From contig CAVXWZ010000011.1 in the NCBI GenBank assembly GCA_963765575.1, forward strand, positions 256,001 to 320,000: a stretch of 64,000 nt of DNA. Reading direction: 5' to 3'. The notes beneath the pieces are model-generated. The model saw nothing but the letters and a program-made list of their open reading frames with translations. It was not told where the DNA came from and did no database searches. This DNA is from an uncultured cyanobacterium (lineage in GTDB: Bacteria; Cyanobacteriota; Cyanobacteriia; PCC-6307; Cyanobiaceae). Position 1 is the first letter of the stretch. The number at the start of each line of letters is the position of its first letter. Shown here piece by piece: positions 1 to 12,596 of this stretch. Position numbers and translations under genes: made by a program.

Positions 1-464
1 ACCAGCTGCGCCCCCTGCTGCCAGTCCACGCCGATGCGGGTCATGCCCGTGTCCAGCTTGATCTGCAGCTCCATCGAGCGCCCCTGGCCGCTGGCCAGCT
101 GCTGGCAGAGCAGGGCCTCCCGCATGCCGCTGATGGTGGGCATCAGGCGCCACTGCAGGCAGCAGCGCAGCTCCTCCCCATGGCAGAGGCTGCCGAGCAC
201 GAGCATCGGCGCCTCAATGCCGGCACGGCGCAGCTCGATGCCCTCGGCCAGGGTGGCCACCCCCAGGCTGCTGGCCCCGCCGGCCAGCGCTGCACGGGCC
301 ACGGTGAGGGCGCCATGGCCATAGCCATCGGCCTTGACCACGGCCATCAGCTCGCTGGCACCGAGATGGCGGCGCAGGGTCGCGGCGTTGGCCTCGATCG
401 CCGCCGCGTTCACCTCCACCCAGGCCCGCTGGCGCTCCAGCCCGATGGCCTCCTGGGCCTGCAT
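1..464 (-). CDS. alr: Alanine racemase, 5' part (runs off window start)
   Basis: Manual translation from ATG 464: MQAQEAIGLERQRAWVEVNAAAIEAN...LMAVVKADGYGHGA...GVATLAEGIELR...IKLDTGMTRIG; PLP-lysine motif. Not in ORF track. Confidence 0.93.
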   Translation of the reverse strand, partial: MQAQEAIGLERQRAWVEVNAAAIEANAATLRRHLGASELMAVVKADGYGHGALTVARAALAGGASSLGVATLAEGIELRRAGIEAPMLVLGSLCHGEELRCCLQWRLMPTISGMREALLCQQLASGQGRSMELQIKLDTGMTRIGVDWQQGAQL

Positions 465-578
465 CGATGGGCTGCTGGCATCCAGCCGGCCTGGCTTGGT
501 GGCCTGGGTCACGGAGTGACTACGGGATACCACCTAGCATCGCGCCCAACTGCCGTTCTGGCGTGGACCGGTGCTGAG

Positions 579-1124
579 ATGGGCCATGTTCTCGTACTGA
601 ATGCGTCCTACGAACCCCTGAACATCACCAGTTGGCGGCGCGCCATGGTGATGTTGCTGAAGGGCAAGGCCGAGGGTCTTGAACACGATCCGGCCCGGGT
701 GATCCGTGCCGACCTGCTGCTGCCCACGGTGATCCGCCTGCGCCAGTTCGTGCGCGTGCCCTACAAGCCGCTGCCGCTGACGCGGCGCAACCTCTTCCAG
801 CGGGATGGGCATCGCTGCCAGTACTGCGGCTACGGCGGCGACCGCCTCTCGATCGACCACATCCTTCCCCGCAGCCGCGGCGGCACTGACAACTGGGAGA
901 ACGTGACCACCGCCTGCCTGCCCTGCAATGTGCGCAAGGGCAACCGCACCCCCCGGGAGGCCGGCATGGCCCTGGCGCGCCAGCCCCACAGGCCCCTCAG
1001 TGGCCCGGGCTTTGAGGCCACCCGTCTGGTGCGTTCCGGTCTGCATCGCGAGTGGGCGAAGTATGTGATCGGCCTGGAGGTGGTGGATGGCGACCCTGCG
1101 GCCCCTGGCCAGCTGGCGGCCTAG
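579..1124 (+). CDS. HNH endonuclease (McrA-like, HNH_5 type)
   Basis: MGHVLVLNASYEPLN...RDGHRCQYCG...IDHILPRSRGG...WENVTTACLPCNVRKG; start trimmed to ATG 579. Confidence 0.9.
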   Translation: MGHVLVLNASYEPLNITSWRRAMVMLLKGKAEGLEHDPARVIRADLLLPTVIRLRQFVRVPYKPLPLTRRNLFQRDGHRCQYCGYGGDRLSIDHILPRSRGGTDNWENVTTACLPCNVRKGNRTPREAGMALARQPHRPLSGPGFEATRLVRSGLHREWAKYVIGLEVVDGDPAAPGQLAA

Positions 1125-1138
1125 GCGGCCGGCGGCGC

Positions 1139-2248
<1,110 letters not shown>

Positions 2249-2306
2249 GCTGGCAGGGGCAACTGGCGCCGCTCAGAGTGCTGGCTCGCTGTCGTTCGGG
2301 GTCGAC

Positions 2307-2582
2307 TCAGGCTTCGGGCTGAGTGGCTGCGGGCTCGCTCTTGGAGGACTTGTCCTCCTCGGAGGAGGAACTGGCACCCGCCATGCCGTACTTGCGCATG
2401 AAACGATCCACACGCCCCTCGGTGTCGAGAATCTTCTGGGTGCCCGTGTAGAAGGGGTGGTTGCCACTCCACACGTCGACGCTGATCTCGGGTTGGGTGG
2501 AGCCGGTGGTCATCACCACCTCTCCATTGCAGATCACCTTGGCATCGGGATACCAGGTGGGATGGATATCGGCCTTGGGCAT
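2307..2582 (-). CDS. rpmE: 50S ribosomal protein L31
   Basis: MPKADIHPTWY...DVWSGNHPFYTGTQKILDTEGRVDRF. Confidence 0.96.
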   Translation of the reverse strand: MPKADIHPTWYPDAKVICNGEVVMTTGSTQPEISVDVWSGNHPFYTGTQKILDTEGRVDRFMRKYGMAGASSSSEEDKSSKSEPAATQPEA

Positions 2583-2584
2583 GG

Positions 2585-2986
2585 TCAGCGCTTGGAGAAC
2601 TGGGGAGCTTTGCGGGCTTTCTTGAGGCCGTATTTGCGACGTTCCTTGGCGCGGGGGTCGCGGCTGAGATGGCCCTCGGTCTTGAGGGGCCTGCGGTTCT
2701 CGGGGGAGAGATCGCACAGGGCCCGGGCGGCGCCCTGCTTGATGGCGTCGGCCTGACCGGTGAGGCCCCCGCCGCGCACGTTCACCAGCAGGTCGTACTG
2801 GCCTTCCAGGCCGAGGGTCTGCAGGGGCGCCTTCACGGCCGCCAGGTAGACGGGGTTGTAGTTGAGGTAGTTGTCACCGGGGCGACCGTTGATGGTCACC
2901 GAACCACTGCCCGGTACCACCCGCACACGGGCGACGGCGGTCTTGCGGCGGCCGGTGCCCCAGTAGACGACTTTGGAGGAGCTCAT
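2585..2986 (-). CDS. rpsI: 30S ribosomal protein S9
   Basis: [12 protein letters not shown]...[19 protein letters not shown]. Confidence 0.98.
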   Translation of the reverse strand: MSSSKVVYWGTGRRKTAVARVRVVPGSGSVTINGRPGDNYLNYNPVYLAAVKAPLQTLGLEGQYDLLVNVRGGGLTGQADAIKQGAARALCDLSPENRRPLKTEGHLSRDPRAKERRKYGLKKARKAPQFSKR

Positions 2987-3435
2987 TGGGCAGCAGTGGC
3001 GGGATCGAGGGCAAGGACCAGGGGATTCTGGGCGGCGTGGGGATGGTCGCTGCCCTTGTAGACCTTCAGCTTGCGGAACAGCTGGCGGCCCAGGGCGTTG
3101 TGGGGCAGCATTCCCTTGATGGCCTTCTCCACGATGCGCTCGGGAATCCGGGCCTGGAGGTGGGCGAAGCTTTCGGTCTTCATGCCGCCGGGACGTCCGG
3201 AGTGGCGCCGGTAGAGCTTCTGGGTGGGCTTGTTGCCGCTCACCCGGATGCGGTCGGCGTTGATCACGACGACAAAGTCACCGGTGTCGAGGTGGGGGGT
3301 GTAGCAGGGCTTGGTCTTGCCCCGCAGCACGGAGGCCACCTCGCTGGCCAGACGGCCAAGGGTCTGATCCGCCGCGTCCACCAGGTACCACTGGCGGTCG
3401 ATCGAATCGGGGGAAGGCAGGGGAGTCTTGTTCAT
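2983..3435 (-). CDS. rplM: 50S ribosomal protein L13
   Basis: [16 protein letters not shown]...[16 protein letters not shown]...HPHAAQNP. Confidence 0.98.
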   Translation of the reverse strand: MNKTPLPSPDSIDRQWYLVDAADQTLGRLASEVASVLRGKTKPCYTPHLDTGDFVVVINADRIRVSGNKPTQKLYRRHSGRPGGMKTESFAHLQARIPERIVEKAIKGMLPHNALGRQLFRKLKVYKGSDHPHAAQNPLVLALDPATAAQ

Positions 3436-3542
3436 TGCGCCTGGTGGGGCACCGGCAGGCCGAAGGGGTCTGGGCTGACGGTTGGAGAGGCCGACGGCAG
3501 GCAGCCAGCTGGCTGGACTGCAACGTCAGCGATCCGCTTAAC

Positions 3543-4397
3543 CTACCGCTTGGCCTGTGGAGGGGCCGGCGGTGGATCGCAGAGATCCAGTTGATACCGC
3601 GGCTGGCAATCGTACCAGGCGGTCCTTGGGAAGATGGGCTGTGGATAGCCCACCCGCAGCAGGCACAACCCCTGGGGTGGTGCGGCCTCTTTCACCGCCG
3701 CCCGCTGGCCAAGGCGCCAGCGCCGTTCGAATTCGGCCGCGCTCAGTCGCCCCTCCCCCAGGGCCACCAACTGGCCCATCAGCAGCCGCACCATGCCGTA
3801 GAGGAAGCCACTGGCCTGCAGCTCCACGCCGATCAGATCGCCCTGGCGCTCCACCCGAGCATCCTGAAGGCAAGTGCGGCTGTGGCTGCGGCGACTGCCG
3901 GCCCGCCGGAAGGCGGCGAAGTCATGCTCGCCCAGCATCGCCGCCAGGGCCTCGGCCATGGCGGCTTCAGCGATCGGCAGCTGGTAGCGGTGCCAGCTCC
4001 AGGGCTGCAAGAACAGATTCGGGCGGCGCCCGTTGTAGAGGGTGTAGCGGTAGCGGCGGTAGCTGGCCGAGAAGCAGGCATGCCAGCTGGGGGCCACCTC
4101 TGCGGCAGCGCGCACCCGCACCGTGGGCGGCAAGCGGCCGTTGAGGGCCTTGGGCCAGCGCTCGCACGGGATCGGTCCAGCGCAATCGAAATGCACCACC
4201 TGGGCGGCGGCATGGACGCCGGTATCGGTGCGACCCGCGGCCACGCACTGCCCCGTCCCGCCGGGATCGAGGGCCTGCAGGGCGCTTTCGAGGGTGGCCT
4301 GGACGCTGCAGGCATTGCGCTGACGCTGCCAGCCGTGGAAGGCGCTGCCGTCGTACTGCAGGCAGAGGGCGATGCGACGCAGCTCAGACTCTGGCAT
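3543..4397 (-). CDS. truA: tRNA pseudouridine(38-40) synthase
   Basis: [30 protein letters not shown] motifs. Confidence 0.96.
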   Translation of the reverse strand: MPESELRRIALCLQYDGSAFHGWQRQRNACSVQATLESALQALDPGGTGQCVAAGRTDTGVHAAAQVVHFDCAGPIPCERWPKALNGRLPPTVRVRAAAEVAPSWHACFSASYRRYRYTLYNGRRPNLFLQPWSWHRYQLPIAEAAMAEALAAMLGEHDFAAFRRAGSRRSHSRTCLQDARVERQGDLIGVELQASGFLYGMVRLLMGQLVALGEGRLSAAEFERRWRLGQRAAVKEAAPPQGLCLLRVGYPQPIFPRTAWYDCQPRYQLDLCDPPPAPPQAKR

Positions 4398-4451
4398 CCG
4401 TGCCCCTGCCCAGTGGCTGTCCGGCTGGTGTGGCAGCCGCTGGGCGCGGCC

Positions 4452-4802
4452 TCAGACCAGTTCGATGATCGCCATCTGGGCGTTGTCGCCGCGGCGCGGC
4501 ACCGTGCGCAGGATGCGGGTGTACCCGCCGTTGCGGTCGCCGTAGCGCTCCTGGGCCTTGTCGAACAGGGCGTGCACGAGCTGTTTGTCGTAGATGTAGC
4601 CGATGGCGCGGCGGCGGGCGGCAAGGCTGCCGTCCTTGGCCAGGGTGATCATGCGCTCGGCATCCTCACGCAGGGCCTTGGCCCGCGCCTTGGTGGTGGT
4701 GACGCGGCCTTCGCGGATCAGCTGGGTGGTGAGTCCACGCAGCATCGCCTTGCGTTGGTCGGCGGGGCGTCCCAGCTGGGGGACTCGGCATTGGTGTCGC
4801 AT
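4452..4802 (-). CDS. rplQ: 50S ribosomal protein L17
   Basis: [22 protein letters not shown]...GGYTRI. Confidence 0.98.
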   Translation of the reverse strand: MRHQCRVPQLGRPADQRKAMLRGLTTQLIREGRVTTTKARAKALREDAERMITLAKDGSLAARRRAIGYIYDKQLVHALFDKAQERYGDRNGGYTRILRTVPRRGDNAQMAIIELV

Positions 4803-4837
4803 GGTGCTTGGGTCGGGAGGTGGTCGAAGGCCGCCAA

Positions 4838-5776
4838 TCAGGCGCTGGTGCGGCTCTGGGGCAGGGTGATGCCGATGCGCTCGAGCGCTTCGATCACCTC
4901 GTCAGCCGACTTGGAGCCGAAGTTTTTGATCTCCAGCAGATCTTCGTAGCTGAAGCCCATCAGGTCACTCACCGAGTTGACCTGGGCGCGCTTGAGGCAG
5001 TTGTAGGCGCGCACCGAGAGATTCAATTCCTCCAGGGGAATCTGGGCTTCGGCGGAGGGTTCGGGTTCCTGGCCGGGCTCCTCCTCAGCGGTGAGGCTGG
5101 CCAGGGGCTGGAAGAGGGCGATGAGCTGGTTGGCCGCCTGGGCCATGGCGTCATCGGGGGTGATGCTGCCGTCGGTCTCGATTTCGAGGCGCAGTCGCTC
5201 GCGCGCTGAGCCCCCCTCGCCCACGGCGGTTTCATCCACCGTGTAGTTGACCCGCTTGACGGGCTTGAACACGGCATCGATCTGCAGCAGGTCGATGGCG
5301 CTGGTGTCCTCGCTGTGGCGGTCCACGGGCCTGTAGCCCACACCGCGCTCCACGTGCAGTTCCAGCTCCAGGCTGTGGCCGTCGGCCACGGTGGCGATCA
5401 GGCGAGAGGGGTCGATCACCTGCACCTGGGAGGAGAACTGCAGATCACCGGCGGTCACCGTGGCTGGACCGTTGGCAACCAGGCGGCCGATCTCCAGCTC
5501 GCGGGTGCGGCTGCTGACGGGGATCTGCTTGCAGTTCAGCAGGATGTCGAGCACGTCCTCGCGCACGCCGGGCACGGTGGCGTACTCGTGGTTGACGCCG
5601 GCAATGCGCACGGCGGTGATGGCGCTGCCTTCCAGGGCACCGATCAGTACCCGGCGCAGGGAATTGCCGAGGGTGGTGGCCTGACCGCGGTCCAGGGGAC
5701 CGATCAGGAACACCCCGGTCTGCGAGCGGTCTTCATCGACCTCATGCTCGATCCGGTCAATTTGGTAATGCAGCAC
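4838..5776 (-). CDS. rpoA: RNA polymerase alpha subunit
   Basis: [14 protein letters not shown]; alpha-[15 protein letters not shown]...KNFGSKS; GTG start. Confidence 0.98.
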   Translation of the reverse strand: MLHYQIDRIEHEVDEDRSQTGVFLIGPLDRGQATTLGNSLRRVLIGALEGSAITAVRIAGVNHEYATVPGVREDVLDILLNCKQIPVSSRTRELEIGRLVANGPATVTAGDLQFSSQVQVIDPSRLIATVADGHSLELELHVERGVGYRPVDRHSEDTSAIDLLQIDAVFKPVKRVNYTVDETAVGEGGSARERLRLEIETDGSITPDDAMAQAANQLIALFQPLASLTAEEEPGQEPEPSAEAQIPLEELNLSVRAYNCLKRAQVNSVSDLMGFSYEDLLEIKNFGSKSADEVIEALERIGITLPQSRTSA

Positions 5777-5829
5777 GGTCTGAAGGCTCGGAGGGTTGGT
5801 GGGCTTCCCGGTGATCGGGGACGGGAGGC

Positions 5830-6222
5830 TCAGACGCGACGTCGCTTGGCCCGGCGGCAGCCGTTGTGCGGCAGCGGTGTGACGTCGCGGATCAGGGTGA
5901 TTTCAAGGCCGGCCACCTGCAGGGCCCGGATGGCGGTTTCCCTGCCGGAACCAGGGCCGCGCACGAGCACTTCGATCTGACGCATGCCCTGATCAAGCGC
6001 CCGGCGCCCGGCGGCCTCGGCGGCGGTCTGGGCGGCGAAGGGGGTGCCTTTGCGGGCGCCCTTGAAGCCGCTGGCACCGGCCGAACTCCAGGCGATCACC
6101 TCACCGGCGGTGTCGGTGATCGACACGATGGTGTTGTTGAAGGTGCTCTGGATATGGGCCACGCCGTTGGGGACGTTGCGCTTGGCCTTCTTCGGACCGG
6201 ATTTCTGGGGAGGCTTGGCCAT
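5830..6222 (-). CDS. rpsK: 30S ribosomal protein S11
   Basis: [11 protein letters not shown]...[11 protein letters not shown]. Confidence 0.98.
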   Translation of the reverse strand: MAKPPQKSGPKKAKRNVPNGVAHIQSTFNNTIVSITDTAGEVIAWSSAGASGFKGARKGTPFAAQTAAEAAGRRALDQGMRQIEVLVRGPGSGRETAIRALQVAGLEITLIRDVTPLPHNGCRRAKRRRV

Positions 6223-6444
6223 GGGTGGAACCTGCTGGAGCAGGAGAGGTGATCAGAGGAAAAACGGGGCTCTGGTGACGGCGCTGGGGTGATCGGGTGA
6301 GCCGGTTCCGGTTGGCCAACCCCCGCGAGGCCACCGCCATGGGTGTGGCCTGCAGGAGGGGGAAGGGGCGGGGAGACGGCAGATCGGAGAGCGACCGGCA
6401 GGGCCCTGGGGGGAGAAGATCCGCAGGGGGTAGGCGCTGGGGAC

Positions 6445-6810
6445 TTACTTCTTCTTGCCCGCCACGGTCTTGCGGGCGCCGCGCCGGGTCCGGGCATTGG
6501 TGCGAGTGCGCTGACCGCGCACCGGCAGGCCCACGCGATGGCGACGACCACGGAGGCAGCCGATGTCCTGCAGGCGCTTGAGGGCCATGCCCTCCTGGCG
6601 CCGCAGGTCGCCTTCGAGGGTGTAGGTCTCAGCGGCGCCGCGCAGCTTCTGCACATCCCCGTCGCTGAGGTCCTTCACCCGGATGTCGGGGCTCACGCCC
6701 GACTTGGCGAGAATCTTCTGGGCACGGGTGAGACCGATGCCATACACATAGGTGAGGGCAATCTCAATCCGCTTGTCGCGGGGAATATCGACGCCGGCAA
6801 TCCGAGCCAC
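6445..6810 (-). CDS. rpsM: 30S ribosomal protein S13
   Basis: GTG start, [13 protein letters not shown]...[16 protein letters not shown]. Confidence 0.97.
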   Translation of the reverse strand: MARIAGVDIPRDKRIEIALTYVYGIGLTRAQKILAKSGVSPDIRVKDLSDGDVQKLRGAAETYTLEGDLRRQEGMALKRLQDIGCLRGRRHRVGLPVRGQRTRTNARTRRGARKTVAGKKK

Positions 6811-6889
6811 GGGCAAACGAGTGAAGGGCAGAAGGAAGCCCACCGGAAGGGGGGCTGGGGAGGCCGTCAGGGGCCATGGGCGAGGGCGG

Positions 6890-7003
6890 TCAGCCCTGGC
6901 GCTGCTTGTGCTTGGGGTTGGTGCAGATGACCATCACCCGGCCGTGGCGACGAATCACCCGGCACTTGGCGCACATTTTCTTGACTGAGGCACGCACCTT
7001 CAT
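6890..7003 (-). CDS. rpmJ: 50S ribosomal protein L36
   Basis: Manual translation [37 protein letters not shown] (37 aa, below ORF-track cutoff). Confidence 0.97.
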   Translation of the reverse strand: MKVRASVKKMCAKCRVIRRHGRVMVICTNPKHKQRQG

Positions 7004-7072
7004 GGGCGGTGTGCTCTCCGATTTGCAAACCGAAAACCTATCACGGCAGTCAACGGCCCGCCCCAGTGCCGG

Positions 7073-7627
7073 TCAGCCCAGCAGGGCTGTGATGCGTGCG
7101 CCGATCTGCTCCACCGTGCCGTCGGCCTCGACTGGCTTCAGCAGCCCACGGGCGCTGTAGTAGTCGATCAGGGGGGCGGTCTGCTCGCGGTAGACCTCCA
7201 GCCGGTGACGGATCACCGCCTCGTTGTCATCGGAGCGCCCCCGGGTCAGCAGGCGCTGGATCAGCACCCCATCGTCGAGCTCCAGCAGCACCACCAGGTC
7301 GATCGGCTGGTCCAGCTCCTGGAGCAGCTCCGCCAGGGCCTCGGCCTGCGGCAGGTTGCGGGGGAAGCCATCCAGCAACCAGCCGCTGCTCTCGGGCTGC
7401 CCCTCCAGGCGGTGGCGCACGATCGCCAGCACCAGCGCATCGCTCACCAGTTCCCCCCGGGCCATCACCGCTGCGGCCTCCTGGCCAAGGGCGCTGCCGG
7501 CAGCCACCTCGGCCCGCAGCAGGTCGCCGGTGGAGAGGTGCAAGAGGTCACGGTCGCGGGCCAGCAGCTGGGCCTGGGTGCCCTTGCCGACGCCCGGGGG
7601 GCCGAGGAACAGGAGACGGTGCTTCAT
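7073..7627 (-). CDS. adk: Adenylate kinase
   Basis: GPPGVGKGTQA P-loop, HLSTGDLLR, LDGFPR. Confidence 0.97.
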   Translation of the reverse strand: MKHRLLFLGPPGVGKGTQAQLLARDRDLLHLSTGDLLRAEVAAGSALGQEAAAVMARGELVSDALVLAIVRHRLEGQPESSGWLLDGFPRNLPQAEALAELLQELDQPIDLVVLLELDDGVLIQRLLTRGRSDDNEAVIRHRLEVYREQTAPLIDYYSARGLLKPVEADGTVEQIGARITALLG

Positions 7628-7703
7628 CGTGACGGGAGCAGGGGGGACAGGTGCTGCAGGCTGGAGATGTGGGGGGGGCGGTCGGCCGGATCGCTGGGCC
7701 CGA

Positions 7704-9023
7704 TCACTGGCGCACCATGCCCTCATAGCGCTGGGAAATCACATAGGTCTGGACCTGCTTGGCGGTGTCGATCGCCACGCCCACCAGGATCAGCAGGGAG
7801 GTGGCCCCCAGGCCCTGGAAGGTGCGCACCTGGGTGGCACCCTCCACCGCCGAGGGGATGATCGCCACGGCCCCCAGGAACAGACCGCCCAGCAGGGTGA
7901 GGCGGTTTTGCACGCCACTGAGATAGGTAGCGGTGGCGGAGCCGGGCCGCACCCCGGGGATGGCGACACCGCCGCGCTTGAGGTTGGTGGCGATGTCGAC
8001 CGGGTTGACCGTGAGCGAGGCGTAGAAGAAGGAAAACCCGCAGATCAGGGCGAAGAAGAGCAGCGCATAGAGCCAGGGGGTGCTGCTGTTGGGGTTGAGA
8101 TAGCCCGCCAGCTGGATCAGCCAGGGGGCGCCGGTGAGGTTGGCGATGGTCAGGGGCAGGAACACCACGGCCGAGGCAAAGATGATCGGCATCACGCCGC
8201 CGGCGTTGAGCTTCAGGGGCAGGTAGCTCTGGCGTGCGGCCAGCACCCCGGCACCGCCCACCTGGCGCTTGGCGCTCACGATCGGCAGGCGACGGTTGCC
8301 TTCCTGCACGAAGATGATGCCCACGATCGTGACCAGGAACACCAGCACCAACACCACGATGCCGCCCACGGTGCTGCGATCACCGCTCTGGGCCAGCTCG
8401 ATCGTGGAGCCCAGAGCCCTTGGCAGGGTGGCCACGATGTTCACAAAGATCACCAGGGAGGCGCCCTGGCCGATGCCCCGCTCGGTGATCACCTCACTGA
8501 TCCACATCACCACCATCGAACCGGTGACCAGGGCCAGGGCGGTCTGGATCACGAAGACCGGCTCTGACAGCCCCTGGGTGGCGTACTGGCGCAGGATCAG
8601 GGCGAAGACGATGCTCTGCAGGATGCCCCAGCCCAGGGCCACATAGCGGGTGATCTGGGCGATCTTGCGCCGTCCCGCCTCGCCCTCGTTTTTCTGCAGG
8701 TCCTCCAGCTGGGGGATGGCGGCCGTGAGCAGCTGGATGATGATCGAGGCGTTGATGAACGGCAGGATGCCGAGGGCGAACACGCCCAGAGTCGAGAGGC
8801 CTCCTCCGGTGAAGATGTCGAGGAAGCCGATCAGCTGGCCGCCGCGGGCCAGAAACTCCTGAAAGGCGACCCGGTCGATGCCGGGCACCGGGATGTAGAT
8901 GCCCAGGCGAACCAGCAGCAGCAGGCCGAGGGTCGTGAGCACCCGGTCGCGCAGGCCCTTGGACTGAATCAGCTGGCTGACGATTTCGCCGGCACTGGGA
9001 TTGCGTCCCCGACTGACGAGCAT
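7704..9023 (-). CDS. secY: Preprotein translocase SecY
   Basis: Multiple TM segments, LGILPFINASII, GIGQGASL, IPGVRPG. Confidence 0.98.
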   Translation of the reverse strand: MLVSRGRNPSAGEIVSQLIQSKGLRDRVLTTLGLLLLVRLGIYIPVPGIDRVAFQEFLARGGQLIGFLDIFTGGGLSTLGVFALGILPFINASIIIQLLTAAIPQLEDLQKNEGEAGRRKIAQITRYVALGWGILQSIVFALILRQYATQGLSEPVFVIQTALALVTGSMVVMWISEVITERGIGQGASLVIFVNIVATLPRALGSTIELAQSGDRSTVGGIVVLVLVFLVTIVGIIFVQEGNRRLPIVSAKRQVGGAGVLAARQSYLPLKLNAGGVMPIIFASAVVFLPLTIANLTGAPWLIQLAGYLNPNSSTPWLYALLFFALICGFSFFYASLTVNPVDIATNLKRGGVAIPGVRPGSATATYLSGVQNRLTLLGGLFLGAVAIIPSAVEGATQVRTFQGLGATSLLILVGVAIDTAKQVQTYVISQRYEGMVRQ

Positions 9024-9086
9024 GGTGACTGGGGCGTGAGGGAAGGGAGGGCTCAGACCCTAGGGCGGCAGCTGGGCGGCGCCGGA

Positions 9087-9536
9087 TCAGATCACTTCGC
9101 AGCTGCCGCCGGCGGCCTCGATCTTGCTGCGGGCGCTGGCGGTGAAGGCTGCGGCCTGCACCGTGAGCTTCACCGTCAGTTCGCCGTCGCCGAGCACCTT
9201 GAGGGGATACTTGGGGCTGGTGACGATCCCGGCCTTGACGAGGGAATCGAGATTCACCGCGCTTCCGGCTGGACAGTCGGCCAGCTTGGCCACATTCAGC
9301 ACCGTGTAGTGCTTGGGGTTGACCAGCTCGAAGTGCTTGAGCTTGGGGATGCGGCGGTAGAGGGGCATCTGGCCGCCTTCAAAACCCGGTCGGGTGGGAC
9401 GGCCGGAGCGGGACTTCTGGCCCCGCATGCCGAAGCCGCAGCTCGCCCCCTGGCCAGCGGCGATGCCGCGGCCCTTGCGCAGCTTGCGGCGCCGGGCGCC
9501 GGGATTGGCTTTCAGGGACTGGAGATTCATGCTCAT
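9087..9536 (-). CDS. rplO: 50S ribosomal protein L15
   Basis: GRGIAAGQG...[15 protein letters not shown]. Confidence 0.98.
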   Translation of the reverse strand: MSMNLQSLKANPGARRRKLRKGRGIAAGQGASCGFGMRGQKSRSGRPTRPGFEGGQMPLYRRIPKLKHFELVNPKHYTVLNVAKLADCPAGSAVNLDSLVKAGIVTSPKYPLKVLGDGELTVKLTVQAAAFTASARSKIEAAGGSCEVI

Positions 9537-9545
9537 GGCGAGGCC

Positions 9546-10202
9546 TCAGGAGTAGATCTGCTCTAAGGAGATGCCCCGCTCCTTGGCGGTCTCCTTGTGG
9601 GTGCGCAGCGTGGCCAGGGCATCCATGGCCGCGCGGGCGTTGTTGAGGGGGGTCTTGGAACCTAGACGCTTGGCGAGCACGTTTTTGATGCCCGCCAGTT
9701 CCAGCACCGTGCGGATCGAGCCGCCGGCAATCACCCCGGTGCCCGGGGCGGCGGGGCGGATCAGCACGCTGGCGGCGCCGTCGCGACCATTGCTGAGGGT
9801 GGGAATGGAGCTGTGACGGGTGAGGGGCACCTTGACCAGATGCTTCTTGCCATCGGCTACGCCCTTGCGCACGGCGCCGATCACATCCCCCGCCTTGCCG
9901 ACGCCAACGCCCACCTGGCCCTTTTCGTTGCCGACGACGACGATGGCCCGGAAGCTCATCTTCTTGCCGCCCTTGACGGTCTTGGAGACGCGGCGGATCT
10001 GCACCACCCGCTCCTGCCATTCGGAATCACGCTCCTGGCCGCGGCGGCCATCGCGGCCACGGCCGCCACCCCGGCGGTCACCGCCCCGGCCGCCGCCGCC
10101 GCCGCCGCTGCTGCGACGTTCCTGCTGGCCTTCGGCGGCCGGGGGAACATCGGCGGCCGAAGGCACGGCGCTGGTCTGAACTTGGTCTTTGGTTTCGGTC
10201 AT
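9546..10202 (-). CDS. rpsE: 30S ribosomal protein S5
   Basis: [10 protein letters not shown]...[12 protein letters not shown]; Gly/Arg-rich N-terminal extension. Confidence 0.98.
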   Translation of the reverse strand: MTETKDQVQTSAVPSAADVPPAAEGQQERRSSGGGGGGRGGDRRGGGRGRDGRRGQERDSEWQERVVQIRRVSKTVKGGKKMSFRAIVVVGNEKGQVGVGVGKAGDVIGAVRKGVADGKKHLVKVPLTRHSSIPTLSNGRDGAASVLIRPAAPGTGVIAGGSIRTVLELAGIKNVLAKRLGSKTPLNNARAAMDALATLRTHKETAKERGISLEQIYS

Positions 10203-10216
10203 GGTGAGAGCAGGGA

Positions 10217-10582
10217 TCAGAACTGAAGGCCCGCTTCCCGGGCGGCATCAGCCAGGGCCTTGACCCGGCCGTGGTACAGGTTGCCGCCGCGATCGAAGAC
10301 CACCTGGGAAATGCCCTTGGCGATGGCGCGCTGGGCGACCAGCTGACCGACGGCCACCGAGGCATCACAGGTGGCCTTGGTCTGGAGGCTGGAGCGCAGG
10401 TCCTTGTCGACGGTGGAGGCCGAGCACAGGGTGCTCTGGGCGTCGTCGTCGATCACCTGGGCGTAGATGTGGTTGTTGGAGCGGAACACCGCCAGCCGCG
10501 GCCGCGCGGCGGTGCCGCCCAGGTGGCGACGCAGCCGGCGATGCCGTTTCTGGGTCTGCAGCTTGCGAGAAAGGGAAGACAT
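10217..10582 (-). CDS. rplR: 50S ribosomal protein L18
   Basis: [16 protein letters not shown]...[13 protein letters not shown]. Confidence 0.98.
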   Translation of the reverse strand: MSSLSRKLQTQKRHRRLRRHLGGTAARPRLAVFRSNNHIYAQVIDDDAQSTLCSASTVDKDLRSSLQTKATCDASVAVGQLVAQRAIAKGISQVVFDRGGNLYHGRVKALADAAREAGLQF

Positions 10583-10614
10583 GGGAATACAGAGTAAAGG
10601 CGCTCAGACAGACC

Positions 10615-11154
10615 TCATTTCTTGCCGGTCTTGCCGGCCTTGCGCAGGATGCGTTCGCCCTCGTACTTGATGCCCTTGCCCTTGTAGGGCTCGGGGGGAC
10701 GAATTGCCCGCACCTTGGCGGCCTCGTTGCCCACCAGCTCCTTGTTGGCGCCGGAGACCACCACGGTGGTGTTGCCCTCCACCGCGAAACTGATGCCATC
10801 GGGGGGGGTGACCTCCACCGGGTGGCTGTAGCCGGCGCTGACCACCAGGGTTTTGCCCTGAACGGAGGCTCGGTAGCCCACGCCGGTGATCTCGAGCTTG
10901 CGGCTGAAACCCTGGCTCACCCCTTCCACCATGTTGGCGACGAGGGTGCGGCAGAGGCCGTGGCGCTCGCGGCAGCGGCGGCTTGCGCCCGCCGGTGCCA
11001 CCAGCAAGGTGTCGCCCTCCTGGCTGATGGTGACTCCATCGGGCAGGGTGCGGCTGAGTTCCCCCTTGGGGCCCTTCACGGTGACGTCAAGGCCGTTGAG
11101 GCTGACGCTCACCTTGCTGGGGATGGGGATGGGTACTTTTCCGATACGTGACAT
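10615..11154 (-). CDS. rplF: 50S ribosomal protein L6
   Basis: MSRIGKVPI...[11 protein letters not shown]. Confidence 0.98.
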   Translation of the reverse strand: MSRIGKVPIPIPSKVSVSLNGLDVTVKGPKGELSRTLPDGVTISQEGDTLLVAPAGASRRCRERHGLCRTLVANMVEGVSQGFSRKLEITGVGYRASVQGKTLVVSAGYSHPVEVTPPDGISFAVEGNTTVVVSGANKELVGNEAAKVRAIRPPEPYKGKGIKYEGERILRKAGKTGKK

Positions 11155-11169
11155 AGATCGATCTCCTGA

Positions 11170-11571
11170 TCAGTAGACGTAGCAGAGCACTTCACCGCCC
11201 ACGCCCTGCTTGCGGGCGTCGCGGTCGCTCATCACTCCCTTGGAGGTGGAGATGATGGCCACGCCGAGGCCGCCCAGCACCTTCGGCAGCTGGCGGGTGT
11301 TCTTGTAGATGCGCAGGCCAGGCTTGCTGACGCGCTGCACCGAGCGGATGGTGGGCTGGCGGTGCTTGCCGCTGTACTTGAGTTCCACCACGATCTGGCG
11401 CTGGACGCCTTCCCCCTCCTCGCTGATGGCAGCGATGAAGCCTTCCTGCTGCAGCACATTGGCGATGCTGCGGAGCAGGCGGGAAGCTGGAATCTTGGTG
11501 GTCTCGTGTTTCTTCTCACTCGCATTGCGGATGCGGGTGAGCATGTCGGAAATTGGGTCGTGGTTGGCCAT
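11170..11571 (-). CDS. rpsH: 30S ribosomal protein S8
   Basis: [13 protein letters not shown]...SKPGLRIY...GGEVLCYVY. Confidence 0.98.
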   Translation of the reverse strand: MANHDPISDMLTRIRNASEKKHETTKIPASRLLRSIANVLQQEGFIAAISEEGEGVQRQIVVELKYSGKHRQPTIRSVQRVSKPGLRIYKNTRQLPKVLGGLGVAIISTSKGVMSDRDARKQGVGGEVLCYVY

Positions 11572-11591
11572 GGGTCAGGTCCGAAGAGGGC

Positions 11592-12131
11592 TCAGTTGCT
11601 GCGGAACGGCATTCCCATCTCGCGGAGGAGGGCCCGGCCCTCTTCGTCGTTACGGGCGGTGGTCACGATCGTGACGTCCATGCCACGGATCGCATCGATC
11701 TTGTCGAAGGCAATCTCGGGAAAGATGATCTGCTCGCGGATCCCCAGGGTGTAGTTGCCGCGTCCATCGAAGCTCTTGGGGCTGACACCACGGAAGTCGC
11801 GGATGCGCGGCAGAGCCAGGTGAATCAGACGCTCGAGGAAGGCGTACATGCGCTCCCCCCGCAGGGTGACGGCCACCCCGATCGGCATGCCCTGGCGGAT
11901 CTTGAAGCCGGCGATCGCCTTCTTGGCCCGGGTCACCACCACCTTCTGACCGGTGATGGTGGCCAGTTCCTCGATTGAGGCCTCGAGGGCCTTGGCGTTC
12001 TGGGCCGCCTCGCCGAGGCCCCGGTTGACGGTGACTTTCATCACCTTGGGGACTTCATGGACATTGGAGAGATTCAGATCCTTGAGGAGTTTTGGCTGAA
12101 TCGTCTCCCGATAGCGCTGTTTGAGGGACAT
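11592..12131 (-). CDS. rplE: 50S ribosomal protein L5
   Basis: LPRIRDFRG...[10 protein letters not shown]. Confidence 0.98.
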   Translation of the reverse strand: MSLKQRYRETIQPKLLKDLNLSNVHEVPKVMKVTVNRGLGEAAQNAKALEASIEELATITGQKVVVTRAKKAIAGFKIRQGMPIGVAVTLRGERMYAFLERLIHLALPRIRDFRGVSPKSFDGRGNYTLGIREQIIFPEIAFDKIDAIRGMDVTIVTTARNDEEGRALLREMGMPFRSN

Positions 12132-12238
12132 GACGGGGGGAATGGGGTGCGCTTCTGGTCTGGGTCAGAAGGCGGACGGGAACAGGCGGGCTGGCCGTGG
12201 GGGTGGATGGGATCGAGCGGGAGGAGCGGGGACGGCGA

Positions 12239-12595
12239 TCAATCCAGAACTTCGCCGGTTTTCTTGAGGAGGCGTTGCTTGTTGCCGTCCTTGTCGACCA
12301 CGATCCCCACCCGGCTCACCACTTTTTTGGTGGTGGAGTAGAGCATCACGTTGGAGGCATGCACGGAGGCTTCCTCCGTGACGATGCGGCCGGTTTCGCC
12401 CTCCTGGGTGGGCTTGACATGGCGGGTGCGCAGGTTGATGCCCTGCACCACCACCCGGTTTTCGTAGGGCAGGGTGCGCAGCACCTCTCCGGTCTTGCCC
12501 TTGTCCTTGCCGGTGATCACCTGCACGGTGTCACCCTTCTTGATGCGCAGCTTGATGCGCACGGCGGGTTTGGGCTTGGGGGTTGCGGTTGCCAT
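12239..12595 (-). CDS. rplX: 50S ribosomal protein L24
   Basis: KOW motif [24 protein letters not shown]. Confidence 0.98.
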   Translation of the reverse strand: MATATPKPKPAVRIKLRIKKGDTVQVITGKDKGKTGEVLRTLPYENRVVVQGINLRTRHVKPTQEGETGRIVTEEASVHASNVMLYSTTKKVVSRVGIVVDKDGNKQRLLKKTGEVLD

Positions 12596-12596
12596 G

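Noticed and set aside
2307..2582. L31 lacking zinc-binding cysteines
   Set aside because: Normal for cyanobacterial L31; not a zinc-starvation paralogue signal.
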